Shown here: in pieces, positions 1-11,596 of the stretch
Position numbering within the stretch: the stretch's first letter is position 1
How the letters are laid out: each line of letters begins with the position of its first letter
NCBI GenBank assembly: GCA_963674945.2
Contig: CAXXWQ010000003.1
Span: 288,001-352,000 of the forward strand
DNA from: an uncultured Desulfosarcina sp.
GTDB taxonomy: Bacteria > Desulfobacterota > Desulfobacteria > Desulfobacterales > Desulfosarcinaceae
Direction of reading: 5' to 3'
Length of the DNA stretch: 64,000 nt
The notes under the pieces: generated by a model
The model's input: the letters and a program-made list of their open reading frames with translations, nothing else
What the model was told of the DNA's origin: nothing
Database searches by the model: none
Program-made: the position numbers and the translations under genes

Positions 1-786
1 AATCAAACTGACATGCAAAATCGCATCTAGCCTGGACAACGCATTCACCACGGCGCTTACCTTGTCTGGTTCGCACCTGATCAGTGTAACTGCCCAATGG
101 CCATACCCCAGCACACTTGGATCGACGAGAGGGAAAAACCCGATAACACCGTCATCGATGTTTTTGTCCAGTGTCGCTTTTGCTGCCGACCTGCTGCAAC
201 CAATCGAATCAGCCAGTTCAGTGATGGTCTGTCGAGGGTTCAGTCGCATTGCCTTAATTACGGATAAATCGAGTTCGTTCAAACGGTCCCGGGAGAAATC
301 ATAAGCGTGATCCGTTTCATAGTCTTGAAATTTCCAGAACTCTTTGATCGAATAAATAAGGTGCATGGTTTCGATTGACGAGGCACCGGATATGCCCGAT
401 AGATCTTTTGAAATGAAACGGGCGAAATCCGTTCGATCACGAAAGATCCCCCACACCATGATATTATAATAATTGGCCGCCAGTTGAACTGCCATGACGC
501 CGGATAGATCCGCCAGTTGACTCGCCGCGGTGTCGCTCATGCCAGGACGGACCTTCACGCCAATCATGACCTTATACTGATATCCCAATCGTTCGGCATT
601 GCAGACACAAATGATCTTTAAAATACCTTCGGAAATGAGCCGGTTCATCCGATACCGCACGGTTTCTCTATTCACACCGACATTTCGAGCAAGCGCACGA
701 ACAGGCTGCCGGGCATCTTTACCGAGTTCGTTAATAAGAAGCATGTCAAGCTCATCGAGCGATTTTGGTGGTTGCTTGGTTTTCAT
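1..786 (-). CDS. Lrp/AsnC family transcriptional regulator with two tandem AsnC units (3' end outside window)
   Basis: Hand translation from ATG at 786: MKTKQPPKSLDELDMLLINELGKDARQPVRALARNVGVNRETVRYRMNRL..., with a second HTH unit LNELDLSVIKAMRLNPRQTITELADSIGCSRSAA. Absent from the ORF track because it runs off the window. Confidence 0.88.
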   Translation of the reverse strand, partial: MKTKQPPKSLDELDMLLINELGKDARQPVRALARNVGVNRETVRYRMNRLISEGILKIICVCNAERLGYQYKVMIGVKVRPGMSDTAASQLADLSGVMAVQLAANYYNIMVWGIFRDRTDFARFISKDLSGISGASSIETMHLIYSIKEFWKFQDYETDHAYDFSRDRLNELDLSVIKAMRLNPRQTITELADSIGCSRSAAKATLDKNIDDGVIGFFPLVDPSVLGYGHWAVTLIRCEPDKVSAVVNALSRLDAILHVSLI

Positions 787-1255
787 TGGATCAATCACCA
801 CATTTTCTCTCTCTTTCCCAGCGAAAATATCGTATATGGTTAATGTGGATAGCTGACAGTGCCAGCAAAGGCGAATACTGACGAAACCGCCTCGGATGGA
901 GAATGCGATTCCACATGAGAAGCAGACAGATAATTATTCATTTAATATACCACAATAACATTTTAAAAAGTAGGTGTAATATCAAATGGGCGTTATTAAC
1001 GAACCATTTTTTGCCAAATGCCCAACTTACACCTATCCGGAAACTGGAATGTATGACCCTGTTTGAAAACGCACGATTTTTCTAAATGCCCGGCATTGCC
1101 ATCCGACGGCTTGCCACATAGATATAAATGAAAAGCGATCAAAAACACCTCAATAATGAAATGAAATGTGCGATAACAACATATGAAAGAAATTTTTATC
1201 CCTTGTCCACGACAAAAGGGAATTCATGGCTGGTCAGGACAGATAGAGGTCAAGA

Positions 1256-3253
1256 GTGTTTAAAATAATGTCATTATTTCTATTTTTCATTGTTTTCACT
1301 GCATCGCTTTTTGCCACCGCCGATTGCCTTGCAGCCAGCAACGAAGACCTGACCCAGCTCAGCCTGGAAGATTTGATGGACATTAAAATCACTTCTGCAA
1401 GCAAGAAATCCCAACGGCTCTCCGAGGTGGCGGCAGCCGTATTCGTCATCACCCAGGAAGACATCCGCCGTTCCGGCGTAACCAGCATACCGGAGGCCCT
1501 GCGTATGGTGCCCGGAGTGCAGGTCGCCAAGATCGACGCCAATAAATGGGCGATCACAGCGAGAGGTTCCAACGGTCGTTTTGCCAACAAGCTCCTCGTC
1601 CTGATGGACGGTCGAAACGTTTACACACCGATCTACTCCGGCGTTTTTTGGGAAAACATCGACACCGTCTTGGAAGATATCGACCGCATCGAAGTGATCC
1701 GTGGTCCCGGCGCCAGCCTTTGGGGTGCCAACGCCGTCAACGGCGTCATCAACATCATTACGAAACAGGCCGATGAAACCCAGGGCATCCTGGCCAGTGG
1801 CAGTATCGGTAGCGAAGAAAAAGGAAGTGTCAGCCTGCGGTATGGCGGAAAAATCTTGGACAAGACACCTTTTCGGTTATATTTCAAAGGATTTGAACGT
1901 GACGGAGCGGTGGACGAAAATGGTGACGACACAGCCGACGATTGGCGGTACTTGCGCGGCGGTTTCCGCCTCGACCATCGGCGAGGCAGCCGCGACCATT
2001 TGACGCTTCAGGGGGACATCTTCGACGGCACCAACGGCGAAATCTTAGAATCGCCAAGCATTACGCCTCCCTACCTCGACAGACACAACAACGATCACAA
2101 GGAGAAAGGCCACAACCTTCTTGCACGCTGGACAAGGACCCTTTCCAGCCTTTCGGAAATCTCCCTGCAAGCCTATTACAACAGTAACGAGCACACCCTT
2201 CACCTGACCAAGGCCGAAATCGATACCTTTGATGTGGAATTCCAGCACCGCCTCCCCATCGGCAAACGCCACGATGTCACCTGGGGATTCGGATACCGCC
2301 TGTACCAGGATCATTACGAATCCGATGCGGCCCTTTTGACCATGGATACGGCCAGTATCGACTATTCCATTTTCAATGCCTTTATTCAGGACGAAATCGG
2401 CTTTTTTGACAAACGCCTCCGTTTAACCCTCGGATCGAAATTCGAACACAACGACTTTACCCATTCGGAGTTCCAGCCCAACGCCCGTCTGATTTGGCTG
2501 CCCAATGACAGGCACTCCACGTGGGCCTCCGTATCCCGTGCCGTGCGTACCCCCTCGCGGGTGGAAAGGGATGCCACGGCCCTCATGACCGTCATTCCCC
2601 CCGCAACCGCGGGAGGACTGCCGGCTGCTGTCACATATTATGGCTCGCAGAATTTCGATTCCGAGGAACTGATCAGTTACGAACTGGGTTATCGTGTCAA
2701 GGTAACACCCGAACTTACGCTGGATGCGGCGCTATATTACAACGACTACGAGGATTTACGGCAGACGACGATCGACGAAGCGACCATAGACGGGTGGCCG
2801 CCGACCCATGTGATTCTCTCCAGCACCGGAACGAACAATGCCCATGGAGAGGTACACGGTTTTGAGTTTGCCGCCGACTGGAAAATGACGGAATGGAGCC
2901 TGCTAGAGGCAGCCTATACCTATATGGACATGGACATGGATTACGGTGACAGCAATATCCTGGCCGAACAGGACCCTCAAAACCAGCTCTCTTTGCGCGC
3001 CTCCCTCGATCTTCCCTGGAATCTGGATCTGGATCTATGGTATCGTCATGTCTCTGAAGTGAGCGACATCGTCGACGGATACGATACCGTCGATCTCAGG
3101 CTCGGATGGAAATACGGCAAAACCGTGGAAGTTTCCGTCGTGGGGCAGAACCTTCTCGCGGAACACCATCTGGAATTTCAACCCGAAGGTCTCCACACCG
3201 TAGAAACGGAGGTTGAAAGAAGTGTCTACGGAAAGCTTACCGTCAGATTCTAG
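1256..3253 (+). CDS. TonB-dependent receptor (plug plus beta-barrel)
   Basis: Signal peptide, LSLEDLMDIKITSASK plug start, DIDRIEVIRGPGASLWGANAVNGVINIITK plug motif, C-terminal Phe. Confidence 0.95.
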   Translation: MFKIMSLFLFFIVFTASLFATADCLAASNEDLTQLSLEDLMDIKITSASKKSQRLSEVAAAVFVITQEDIRRSGVTSIPEALRMVPGVQVAKIDANKWAITARGSNGRFANKLLVLMDGRNVYTPIYSGVFWENIDTVLEDIDRIEVIRGPGASLWGANAVNGVINIITKQADETQGILASGSIGSEEKGSVSLRYGGKILDKTPFRLYFKGFERDGAVDENGDDTADDWRYLRGGFRLDHRRGSRDHLTLQGDIFDGTNGEILESPSITPPYLDRHNNDHKEKGHNLLARWTRTLSSLSEISLQAYYNSNEHTLHLTKAEIDTFDVEFQHRLPIGKRHDVTWGFGYRLYQDHYESDAALLTMDTASIDYSIFNAFIQDEIGFFDKRLRLTLGSKFEHNDFTHSEFQPNARLIWLPNDRHSTWASVSRAVRTPSRVERDATALMTVIPPATAGGLPAAVTYYGSQNFDSEELISYELGYRVKVTPELTLDAALYYNDYEDLRQTTIDEATIDGWPPTHVILSSTGTNNAHGEVHGFEFAADWKMTEWSLLEAAYTYMDMDMDYGDSNILAEQDPQNQLSLRASLDLPWNLDLDLWYRHVSEVSDIVDGYDTVDLRLGWKYGKTVEVSVVGQNLLAEHHLEFQPEGLHTVETEVERSVYGKLTVRF

Positions 3254-3275
3254 TAAACTGCCTTTTTTATCCCCT

Positions 3276-5393
3276 TTATAGGTAACTTTTTTTCAATAAC
3301 GCGGCAAAAACGGCCTCCGGCACGGGGTGTTTAAAAAGATATCCCTGCCCCTCGTCGCAACCGTATTTTTTTAACACTTCAAATTGTTCATCCGTCTCGA
3401 TACCTTCTGCAACGATTTTCTTTTCCAGGCTGTGGCCCATCGCAATAATTGCCTTGATGATGACCAGGTTCTTGGATTCGGCAGCACATCCCATGACAAA
3501 GGAGCGATCGATTTTCAGGATGTCCACCGGAAAGGATATCAGATAGCTGAGAGAGGAGTACCCGGTTCCGAAATCGTCCAGCGCGATTCTGACTTTCAGG
3601 TCTTTGATCCGCTGTAACGTGTCAATGGTTTCCTCGGTATTCTGCATCAACACATTTTCGGTTATTTCGATTTCCAGGTTCTGGGGACTGCTGTCCTGCG
3701 TGCCAAGAGCCTCTTGCATCGTGCCGATGATATTCTGACTGGTGAACTTGTAGCCGGATAGGTTCACTGCGATGGTAACCGGTTCCAGACCTTGTTCATG
3801 CCACTGTTTTGTTTGTCGACAGGCCTCTTTCAGGACCCAACGATTGATATCGATGATCTGACCGGACTCTTCGGCAAAAGGGATGAACTTATCCGGAAAA
3901 ATCATCCCTTTAACGGGGTGATTCCATCGGATCAACGCCTCTGCACCGACGATTCTTCGGGTTTCAAGTGCAACCCGGGGCTGATAAAACAACTCCAGCT
4001 CACCGTTGTCCAAGGCCTTTTTCAGATCCCGCTCCAATGAGAACCGTTCGAACACCTCCATGTTCAAGGACTCTTTGTAAAACTGGAAACCGTTTCGCCC
4101 GCTTTTTTTCGCGTGGTACATGGCAGTATCCGCCTTCTGTAACAGGACACTCTTCTCTCTGCCGTCGTCGGGAAAAATGCTGATACCGATACTCGTGGTC
4201 ATGGAGACATCATGACCTTCGAGTTGGTAGTTGCCTGCAATTTCCCGTGTCAGCCGCGTAGCTACCTTGGCCAAGGATTCCGGGCCTTTGACATCTGTGA
4301 GCAAAACGGTAAACTCATCACCTCCCAGCCGGGCAATAATGGAATCGGCAGGATCCATCTTGAGCAGGGTTGCAGAATCACTACCGCGAATATTGTTTTT
4401 CAACCGGGTGGCGACCTGTTTTAACAGTAAATCACCAATGTGATGTCCCAATGTATCGTTGACCAGCTTGAACTGGTCCAGATCGAGAAAAAGCAGAGCG
4501 AATTTCCGGTGTGTACGATTGGCACTGGCGATCGTCTGTTGCAACCGGTCCATGAACAGTGCCCGGTTGGCAAGCCCCGTCAGGCCATCATAAAACGCCA
4601 GCATGCGAATTTCCGCCTCTGCCTGCTTGAGTTGGGTAACATCCTGAATCACGCCCAGCATCAATTCCGGTGTGCCATCTTCGCAGAACAGGATCTCTCC
4701 CTGATTCAAAATGTGTTTCTGTGTACCACCGGGAAGAATCACCGGGTAGTTCACAATCAACTTTTTCTGGGAGGTAACGGCCTGTTGAATCTTCTGCGCC
4801 ACGGTATCGCGCTCACTGGCAATAATCGGAGACAGAAACGCAGAAAAAGAAAATTCCTCTTCGATCCCAAGCAATCGACACGCCTTGGACGAACAACTGA
4901 ACTGTCCGCTGGCAATATCGATCTGCCAACTCCCCAGCTTGGCCAGCTCCTGGGTTTTGGCCAGATGACTTCGGCTCCGGTCAAGCTCCTTAAAGGCCTG
5001 ACCGGCGCGCAGTATGTACTTTGCCTTGTGGCCCAGCATCGCCCAATTGATGGGTTTGGAAACGAAATCGCTGGCACCGGCTTCGAAAGCCTTTTCAATG
5101 GACGCCTTGTCATCCGAACCGGTAGCCATGAGGATCTGTATATACCTCCCCCCGGGAAGGCCACGGATGATCTTACAGGCTTCGAATCCGTCCATCACAG
5201 GCATCATCAAATCCAACAGAATCAAATCCGGCTTGTCGTCTCTGAATCGTTCCAACGCTTCTTTCCCGTCCTGTGCTTCGACGATTTCAAAGCCACTTTT
5301 TTTCAATGCCGCAGACATGAACAGGCGCAGGGAGGGATCATCATCCACCACCAGGGCGAGCGGCCGATGTGACGTTTCTTTCTCAGTTCTCAT
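3276..5393 (-). CDS. Response regulator, REC-PAS-GGDEF-EAL diguanylate cyclase/phosphodiesterase
   Basis: LVVDDD...LLDLMMP receiver, ARLGGDEF, AEALIRW and DDFGTGYSS motifs. Confidence 0.96.
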   Translation of the reverse strand: MRTEKETSHRPLALVVDDDPSLRLFMSAALKKSGFEIVEAQDGKEALERFRDDKPDLILLDLMMPVMDGFEACKIIRGLPGGRYIQILMATGSDDKASIEKAFEAGASDFVSKPINWAMLGHKAKYILRAGQAFKELDRSRSHLAKTQELAKLGSWQIDIASGQFSCSSKACRLLGIEEEFSFSAFLSPIIASERDTVAQKIQQAVTSQKKLIVNYPVILPGGTQKHILNQGEILFCEDGTPELMLGVIQDVTQLKQAEAEIRMLAFYDGLTGLANRALFMDRLQQTIASANRTHRKFALLFLDLDQFKLVNDTLGHHIGDLLLKQVATRLKNNIRGSDSATLLKMDPADSIIARLGGDEFTVLLTDVKGPESLAKVATRLTREIAGNYQLEGHDVSMTTSIGISIFPDDGREKSVLLQKADTAMYHAKKSGRNGFQFYKESLNMEVFERFSLERDLKKALDNGELELFYQPRVALETRRIVGAEALIRWNHPVKGMIFPDKFIPFAEESGQIIDINRWVLKEACRQTKQWHEQGLEPVTIAVNLSGYKFTSQNIIGTMQEALGTQDSSPQNLEIEITENVLMQNTEETIDTLQRIKDLKVRIALDDFGTGYSSLSYLISFPVDILKIDRSFVMGCAAESKNLVIIKAIIAMGHSLEKKIVAEGIETDEQFEVLKKYGCDEGQGYLFKHPVPEAVFAALLKKSYL

Positions 5394-5394
5394 G

Positions 5395-8295
5395 CTATTT
5401 CATCTCGCTTTCCAGCGCCTGTTTCACAACTTCAAATTCCGAAACGATCGCCGAAACCATCGACTCCCTTTTTTCGTCAGACGGTTTCGAACAATTCAGT
5501 TCCAGGTTCTGACAAATGTCGGCCAGTTTCATGGCACCCACATTTGCACTGCTGGATTTCATTCTGTGGGCGATCTGTCGCATTTCTTCCATGTCGTTTC
5601 GCAAAGATGCCGACGCCAGCTGTTCAACCAGTGGCGTTGTACCATCCAGATACGTTCGTATAAGGCGATCAAGAAAGTCCGGTTCTCCTTCCAACTGCAG
5701 TTCTTTCAGGGATTCGAGAACGTCCTTGTCGATGACATCGGTATCGTTAGATTTCTTGAAGGGCGATTTCTTTTCTGAATGGGTTTTGGAATCAGTCATG
5801 GCAGGCACCCTGCTGATCGATGTTCGTTGGCGGGTCCATTTTCTGATCATCTCCTTCATCTCATTTACGCGGAAGGGTTTGCTCATGTAATCGTCCATCC
5901 CGGCTTTCAAGCATTTCTCTTTATCCCCTTCCAATGCGTGTGCAGTGAGGGCAACAATGGGGGTGTGGACAACCCGGGTATGATGCCGCTCTTCTTTTCG
6001 GATCGCCTCGGTTGCCTGATACCCATCCAAGACAGGCATCTGACAGTCCATAAAGACCATGTCGTAATTCCTATCCGAAAATGCGTAGACCGCTTCTTCG
6101 CCGTTGGGAACGATATCTACACTGCACCCAAGCGCCTTGAGCATTCCCTTGACGACTTCCTGGTTGGTTGGATTATCTTCGGCAACCAAAATGCGCAAGT
6201 CGAGCTGTTTTGATCCCTCGGCAATGCTATGCCGCGTAACAAGCCGGTCCGAACTTTCGGAAGAATTGTCGCCAAGCAAGCTGGAAATGGTTGCCCGTAA
6301 ATCTGACTGACGTACCGGTTTGGTCAGATAGGCCGACACACCGCACTGCTTGGCTGTTTGCGCATCACCGCGAAGTCCCACCGATGTTAACATGATTATC
6401 GTTGTCTGGGACAGGGACGGATCGTTTTTGATCGTTTGGGCGACATCCATACCATCCATCTCCGGCATATCCATATCCAAGATCGCCAAATCAAAGGGAG
6501 AACCTTGTTTTTGGGCCGCCGAAAGAAGTTCGATTCCGTCGATCCCCCGGCTGGCACTTTTGCCGATCATCTTCCATGATGCCATCTGGCGCAACAAAAT
6601 CTCCTGATTGGTCGTATTATCGTCAATCACCAGCACACGACGACCGCGTAACACCTGTGTATCGGAAATCGTTTTGCTTCTTTTTATTTTGGGGCTACGC
6701 TCCAGTTCGATGGAAAAGTAAAAATCGGATCCTTCTCCCGGTTCGCTTTTGCAGCCCAAGACCCCGCCCATCAAGGTGATAAGTTCCTTTGAGATGGCCA
6801 GACCCAATCCCGTCCCACCATATTTTCGGGTGGTGGAACCATCTGTCTGTGAAAATGGGGCGAATAGCCGCTGACGGTTCTCTTCACTGATACCAATACC
6901 CGTGTCCCGTGTGGAGACGAAAAGCCTCACACGATTGTCTGAAACCCGTGTTGTCGACAAACTGACGATGACTTCCCCCTCTTCCGTAAATTTAATCGCG
7001 TTTCCGACAAGATTGGTAAGCACTTGCCGAAGTCGCGTGGGATCTCCTTTTAAATATATTTCAGTGTCCGCAGGAATATAGGAAGCCAATTCGATCCGTT
7101 TGGCATGGGCCCGGGAGGCCAGAAGTTGAACAACATCCTCCACCAGCATCTGGAGATCGAAATGGATGGTTTCGAGTTCCAGCTTTCCGGCCTCAATTTT
7201 GGAAAAATCGAGGATGTCATTGATGATGGACAAAAGGGATTCTCCGGATTTTTGGATGGTCATTCCGAAGCGGTGCTGCTCTTCATCCAGCCGTGTCTGT
7301 AGCAACAATTCCACCATCCCCAGAACACCGTTCATGGGTGTACGAATTTCATGACTCATGTTCGCAAGGAACTGGGACTTTGCCCGGTTGGCGACTTCAG
7401 CCGCCTCCTTTGCCGCTTCCAGCGAAGAGACCATGGATTCCAGTTCCCCTTTTGCCTCGGATAGATCCGCCGTTCGCAGCTCCACCCGCTTTTCCAGATC
7501 CGTGCTGTAGGCTTTGAGATCTTTATCCCGGTCATGGATCTCCTGGATCATATCGTTAAAACGATCGATGAGGATACCGAATTCATCGTGACTCTGCTTT
7601 TCCACGCGTACCTGGTAATTCTTCTCACGAATGATGGTGTTGATGGAGTTCAAAAGAGCGAAAAGGGGACCGACAAACACCTTTTGCAGTCGCGTTGAAA
7701 CGAAAAGGACCACCACGAGGGTTATGCCGACGGCACAAGCCAACATCCAATAAAACAGATGCAGGCGTTCTTTTCTTTGCTGTTGATTATCGACCAACTG
7801 GATGGCGCCAACGACTGCGTTATCCACCACCACCGGCCGAACGACATGCAGATGATCGTTTGCATAAAAATAGGTTTCACCGCGGGTAATCAGATTGTGG
7901 ACGAGGGAACTGTTTTTGAGATATCGATTACGAAATTCCACGATCCGTGGTTCCACATCCACCCCATCGGGGCTGAACTGGCTGAAAACGGCTCCATTTT
8001 TATCATATAGAACTGCCGCTACGATATCTGGTTTGGCAGACAGGGAAGCCAGGTCCTCCTCGGCACTGGTCTTATCGTTGAACAAGAGGGTGGCGCCGAT
8101 ATTCAACGCGACAACGTCCCCCATGGATTGCAACTCCCGAACGATGCTCCTTCGCGTACTCCAATTTTCGCTGAAGACGACTGCAGTGGTAACCAATAAC
8201 AATGACAAAACGGATGTCACACTCAATAGTAACATCAGCTTGTTCTTGATAGACAAGTGACTGCGCCGTCTTTTTCTGAATATGTTTCGCATCAA
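5395..8295 (-). CDS. Hybrid sensor histidine kinase (periplasmic CHASE8-like, HAMP, HisKA, HATPase, two REC, Hpt)
   Basis: Two TM segments, [16 protein letters not shown]-box, GGTGLGL G2 box, two receiver domains, AHRMKSSS Hpt motif. Confidence 0.96.
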   Translation of the reverse strand: MMRNIFRKRRRSHLSIKNKLMLLLSVTSVLSLLLVTTAVVFSENWSTRRSIVRELQSMGDVVALNIGATLLFNDKTSAEEDLASLSAKPDIVAAVLYDKNGAVFSQFSPDGVDVEPRIVEFRNRYLKNSSLVHNLITRGETYFYANDHLHVVRPVVVDNAVVGAIQLVDNQQQRKERLHLFYWMLACAVGITLVVVLFVSTRLQKVFVGPLFALLNSINTIIREKNYQVRVEKQSHDEFGILIDRFNDMIQEIHDRDKDLKAYSTDLEKRVELRTADLSEAKGELESMVSSLEAAKEAAEVANRAKSQFLANMSHEIRTPMNGVLGMVELLLQTRLDEEQHRFGMTIQKSGESLLSIINDILDFSKIEAGKLELETIHFDLQMLVEDVVQLLASRAHAKRIELASYIPADTEIYLKGDPTRLRQVLTNLVGNAIKFTEEGEVIVSLSTTRVSDNRVRLFVSTRDTGIGISEENRQRLFAPFSQTDGSTTRKYGGTGLGLAISKELITLMGGVLGCKSEPGEGSDFYFSIELERSPKIKRSKTISDTQVLRGRRVLVIDDNTTNQEILLRQMASWKMIGKSASRGIDGIELLSAAQKQGSPFDLAILDMDMPEMDGMDVAQTIKNDPSLSQTTIIMLTSVGLRGDAQTAKQCGVSAYLTKPVRQSDLRATISSLLGDNSSESSDRLVTRHSIAEGSKQLDLRILVAEDNPTNQEVVKGMLKALGCSVDIVPNGEEAVYAFSDRNYDMVFMDCQMPVLDGYQATEAIRKEERHHTRVVHTPIVALTAHALEGDKEKCLKAGMDDYMSKPFRVNEMKEMIRKWTRQRTSISRVPAMTDSKTHSEKKSPFKKSNDTDVIDKDVLESLKELQLEGEPDFLDRLIRTYLDGTTPLVEQLASASLRNDMEEMRQIAHRMKSSSANVGAMKLADICQNLELNCSKPSDEKRESMVSAIVSEFEVVKQALESEMK

Positions 8296-8803
8296 TCACC
8301 TGCAATGCTTTTGGGTTCAGTAAGTCTGCAAGGAGTTTAGATTCTTTATAATTTTTAGGATTGTCGAACCTTTTCCTTTTTCGGCACCCGTCTGCGAGAT
8401 GGCCAAAATCGGTTCAAACCTTTTCGCAACACCTCATTTTAAACAAGTATCGGCCGATTTTTTCGATTCCATAAATTTCATTTTTGCCAATGGATGCGCC
8501 TTCACAATCCAATATGCTAAGCGGAATATCACCTTTCGATGATACGGCATCAATAATCAAACCATTAAATGGGAATGGTTGTATTTATCCATTCAGATTT
8601 CATTGCTTTCCTCCCATAATGAGAACTATGGCTTTTTATCATACCAATAGGAAGTTTTTGTTTTTCCATGCGTTCTCCAGTAAGTGGGGGAGTGAAGTTG
8701 TATCGGATTATCGTAAATTCGATTAGTTTTTTCAAAAGGCGGGATCGTGTGTATCAGTTTGCGAATGGGATGATTGGAAATGCCCGATTATTCACCTGGT
8801 GTG

Positions 8804-10090
8804 TTATGTTGATGCAGATTCTATTTCATTTTCGTCATTTAATAAAAAGGTTCTGTTTACATCCATGCTACTCATTATGGATTCGTCAGGCGGCACGCTG
8901 CATTTTGATTCCTTTTTCCGCAGTTTGGTCTTACTATTGCTGAAATATCTCGCAGTATAATCATGACGACATTCGATCGTATCTATGGATTCGGGCCTTC
9001 CGAAGTAAAAGCCCTGTCCCAGATCAAACCCAAGTTGCCTGCATACTTCAAATTCCTCCTCACATTCAATACCTTCTGCAAGGGCGAGTATACCAAGATC
9101 GTGAGATGCTCTGATAAATGTTTCAATCATTTGATGCAGTCGCTTTGGGGCGATGTGAATTTGGCGAATAAGAGAAATGTCGAATTTCAGATAATCTGGT
9201 GATAGATTTGAAAGTTCGACCAGCCTGGTTTGACCGACACCAAAATCGTCGAAAGCCAATGCCATATTCATCATTTCCAACGCATGACTCAACTCGGAAA
9301 GCGTATTTGCATCAGAGGCGGCCTTTTCGTCCAATTCCAGAACAATTTTATTGGATGGGGCAATATCTCTGATTCTTTCCAGCGAAGCGATAAGGCCTTT
9401 CATGTCGTATATTTCCAGCCTGTTCGTATTGACGAACAACACAGGCAATCCAGGCAAATTCTTCCCGATCTCAACACCGACTTCACGAAAAATAGAACTT
9501 AATTCCAAAACGCATCCCAAACTCTCTGCCATATCCAATAATTCAGATGGATTTGATGGCAAATCCACATCGTCAATACGTCCGAGAATTTCGTAACCGA
9601 CTTCTCTCATGTCAGAAAATCGTACGATGGGTTGAAAATGAGGGATTACGTTTCGCTCGTGAATCAACGACCGCATTTTGTCCTCTACTCCAGACAAATT
9701 ACAGATTTCTTCATTAATGGTTGAAAATACGGTATCCTGCTTTGTGTGGGGATTCGGCGCATCTATTCTTTTTGCCTTGAACTCATATTTCCCGATTGTG
9801 ACAATATCACCGGCTTCAATCATTTCAGCATGATCGATTTTTTTATTGTTGATAAATGTTCCATTGGTGCTGCCAAGATCACGAATCCATAAAAGGCCAC
9901 TGCTTATTCGAAGCTCACAGTGATATCTCGATATGCGCTTATCGAGTAGCCTGAAATTGCTGTCCTTTGCACGACCAATCACAAAAGGAACCGAATCTAT
10001 GCAGACCGGCCATTCTCTACCGATATCCGCTACAGCCTCCAAGCACCATTGGTACTTTTCATTTTCATTATGATCGTTCATTAACAACAT
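8804..10090 (-). CDS. FHA-domain plus EAL-domain protein
   Basis: IGR...ISRYH...DLGSTNGTFIN (FHA); HFQPIV, YEILGR, DDFGVG, LKFD, AEGIE (EAL). Start chosen after a GGAG RBS; the ORF extends to 10150. Confidence 0.9.
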   Translation of the reverse strand: MLLMNDHNENEKYQWCLEAVADIGREWPVCIDSVPFVIGRAKDSNFRLLDKRISRYHCELRISSGLLWIRDLGSTNGTFINNKKIDHAEMIEAGDIVTIGKYEFKAKRIDAPNPHTKQDTVFSTINEEICNLSGVEDKMRSLIHERNVIPHFQPIVRFSDMREVGYEILGRIDDVDLPSNPSELLDMAESLGCVLELSSIFREVGVEIGKNLPGLPVLFVNTNRLEIYDMKGLIASLERIRDIAPSNKIVLELDEKAASDANTLSELSHALEMMNMALAFDDFGVGQTRLVELSNLSPDYLKFDISLIRQIHIAPKRLHQMIETFIRASHDLGILALAEGIECEEEFEVCRQLGFDLGQGFYFGRPESIDTIECRHDYTARYFSNSKTKLRKKESKCSVPPDESIMSSMDVNRTFLLNDENEIESAST

Positions 10091-10427
10091 CTTATCTCCC
10101 ATTGACAAAAGGCTATTTGAATTTGCGCCGGAATAGCCATGCAGCCGCACTAAGGGATTTCGATGGACATGATTTTATTACTTCCTCGTTACATACGAAA
10201 ATTAAATGGTTCGCCGCTCAACACGTATTTCAACCAATAATAAGCATTCTCCCAATTATCGTTTTCGGTTTTCATTAGTATTTCTTAAGTTAAAAAGTTA
10301 TCTTTTAACTTGGACGTTGTGCACAAAAATGATTGAATTTTCTTTGGGAGGTTGACCCTGCTGTGCTATACATGGCCATGGGTCGGGGATGGTTTCACAC
10401 TGGTGTTTCTCTCTATTTAAGGAATAA

Positions 10428-11051
10428 TTGATGACACTGCATCTGTATATTCCATTTGTCATGGCGGCGATCATAATTCTGATCATACCGGGGCCGACAG
10501 TCCTTTTGGTAATAAGCCAGGCCGTCACACATGGAAAAAAGTCTGTCATTCCGCTGGTGGCAGGGGTTCTTCTGGGAGATTTTACAGCAATGACGCTTTC
10601 TCTTTTGGGACTTGGGGCAATCATGTCTGCATCGGCAGCCCTTTTCACTTTTTTTAAATGGATGGGGGCTCTTTATTTGCTGTATCTTGGGATCAACCTC
10701 TGGATCGCAACTCCTGAAAATCGTTCGACCACGGACAATGAGGCATGTGTATCGTCACAATCGCTTCTGCGAAGTTCGTTCATCGTGACGGCCCTTAATC
10801 CCAAAAGCATCGCATTTTTTGTTGCTTTCCTTCCGCAGTTTGTAAGTCCCTTCAGGCCTGCACCGCTCCAGCTGACGCTGCTCGGAGTGACGTTCTTGTT
10901 CTTGGCAACCATCAACGCAGCTTTGTATGCCGTATTTGCCGGTCAGTTGCGTGAACATGTTCGGAAGAAAAAGATTCGCAGATGGTTCAACCGGTGTGGA
11001 GGGAGCGCACTGATTGGAGCGGGCATATTCACTGCCGCGATGAAAAGATGA
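10428..11051 (+). CDS. LysE/RhtB family translocator
   Basis: PGP motif, KWMGALYLLYLG, LNPK motif, hydrophobic overall. Confidence 0.93.
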   Translation: MMTLHLYIPFVMAAIIILIIPGPTVLLVISQAVTHGKKSVIPLVAGVLLGDFTAMTLSLLGLGAIMSASAALFTFFKWMGALYLLYLGINLWIATPENRSTTDNEACVSSQSLLRSSFIVTALNPKSIAFFVAFLPQFVSPFRPAPLQLTLLGVTFLFLATINAALYAVFAGQLREHVRKKKIRRWFNRCGGSALIGAGIFTAAMKR

Positions 11052-11581
11052 CGAAAACAGATCAAAAAAAATGGGACACAAGATACGGCAGGAAACCGGG
11101 CGGATCGGAACCATCCTCAATCGTGAAAAAATATCATACGCTTGCAGCTTCCGGCAAAGCCCTGGATATCGCCTGCGGGAACGGCAGAAACAGCGTTTAT
11201 TTGGCGACAAAAGGCTTTGCTGTGGATGCGGTGGATATATCAACGGTGGCCACCGGCCAACTGGCAGGCAAACATCCGAACATCAACGTCATATGCGCGG
11301 ATCTGGATACATGGGATATCCCGCCGGACCGTTATGAATTGATCGTAAACATCCGGTTCTTGAACAGAAGGCTGTTTCCCATGATCCAAGACGGACTTCG
11401 ATCCGGCGGCGTCCTGATCTTTGAATCCTTCCTGGACGGGCTGACGGACAAATATTGTCTGAAGCGAAACGAACTACTCCGGGCGTTCCAATCACTCCGG
11501 ATCATCTACTATGAAGAAAAAAAGATAGATCCTGCTGAAAAGTATGATCAAATCGCATCGTTGGTATCGGTAAAAACTTAA
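11048..11581 (+). CDS. Class I SAM-dependent methyltransferase (TehB-like)
   Basis: ALDIACGNGRN motif I, VDAVDIS; ATGA overlap with the LysE stop. Confidence 0.88.
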   Translation: MTKTDQKKWDTRYGRKPGGSEPSSIVKKYHTLAASGKALDIACGNGRNSVYLATKGFAVDAVDISTVATGQLAGKHPNINVICADLDTWDIPPDRYELIVNIRFLNRRLFPMIQDGLRSGGVLIFESFLDGLTDKYCLKRNELLRAFQSLRIIYYEEKKIDPAEKYDQIASLVSVKT

Positions 11582-11596
11582 TCAATGAGGGGCAAA

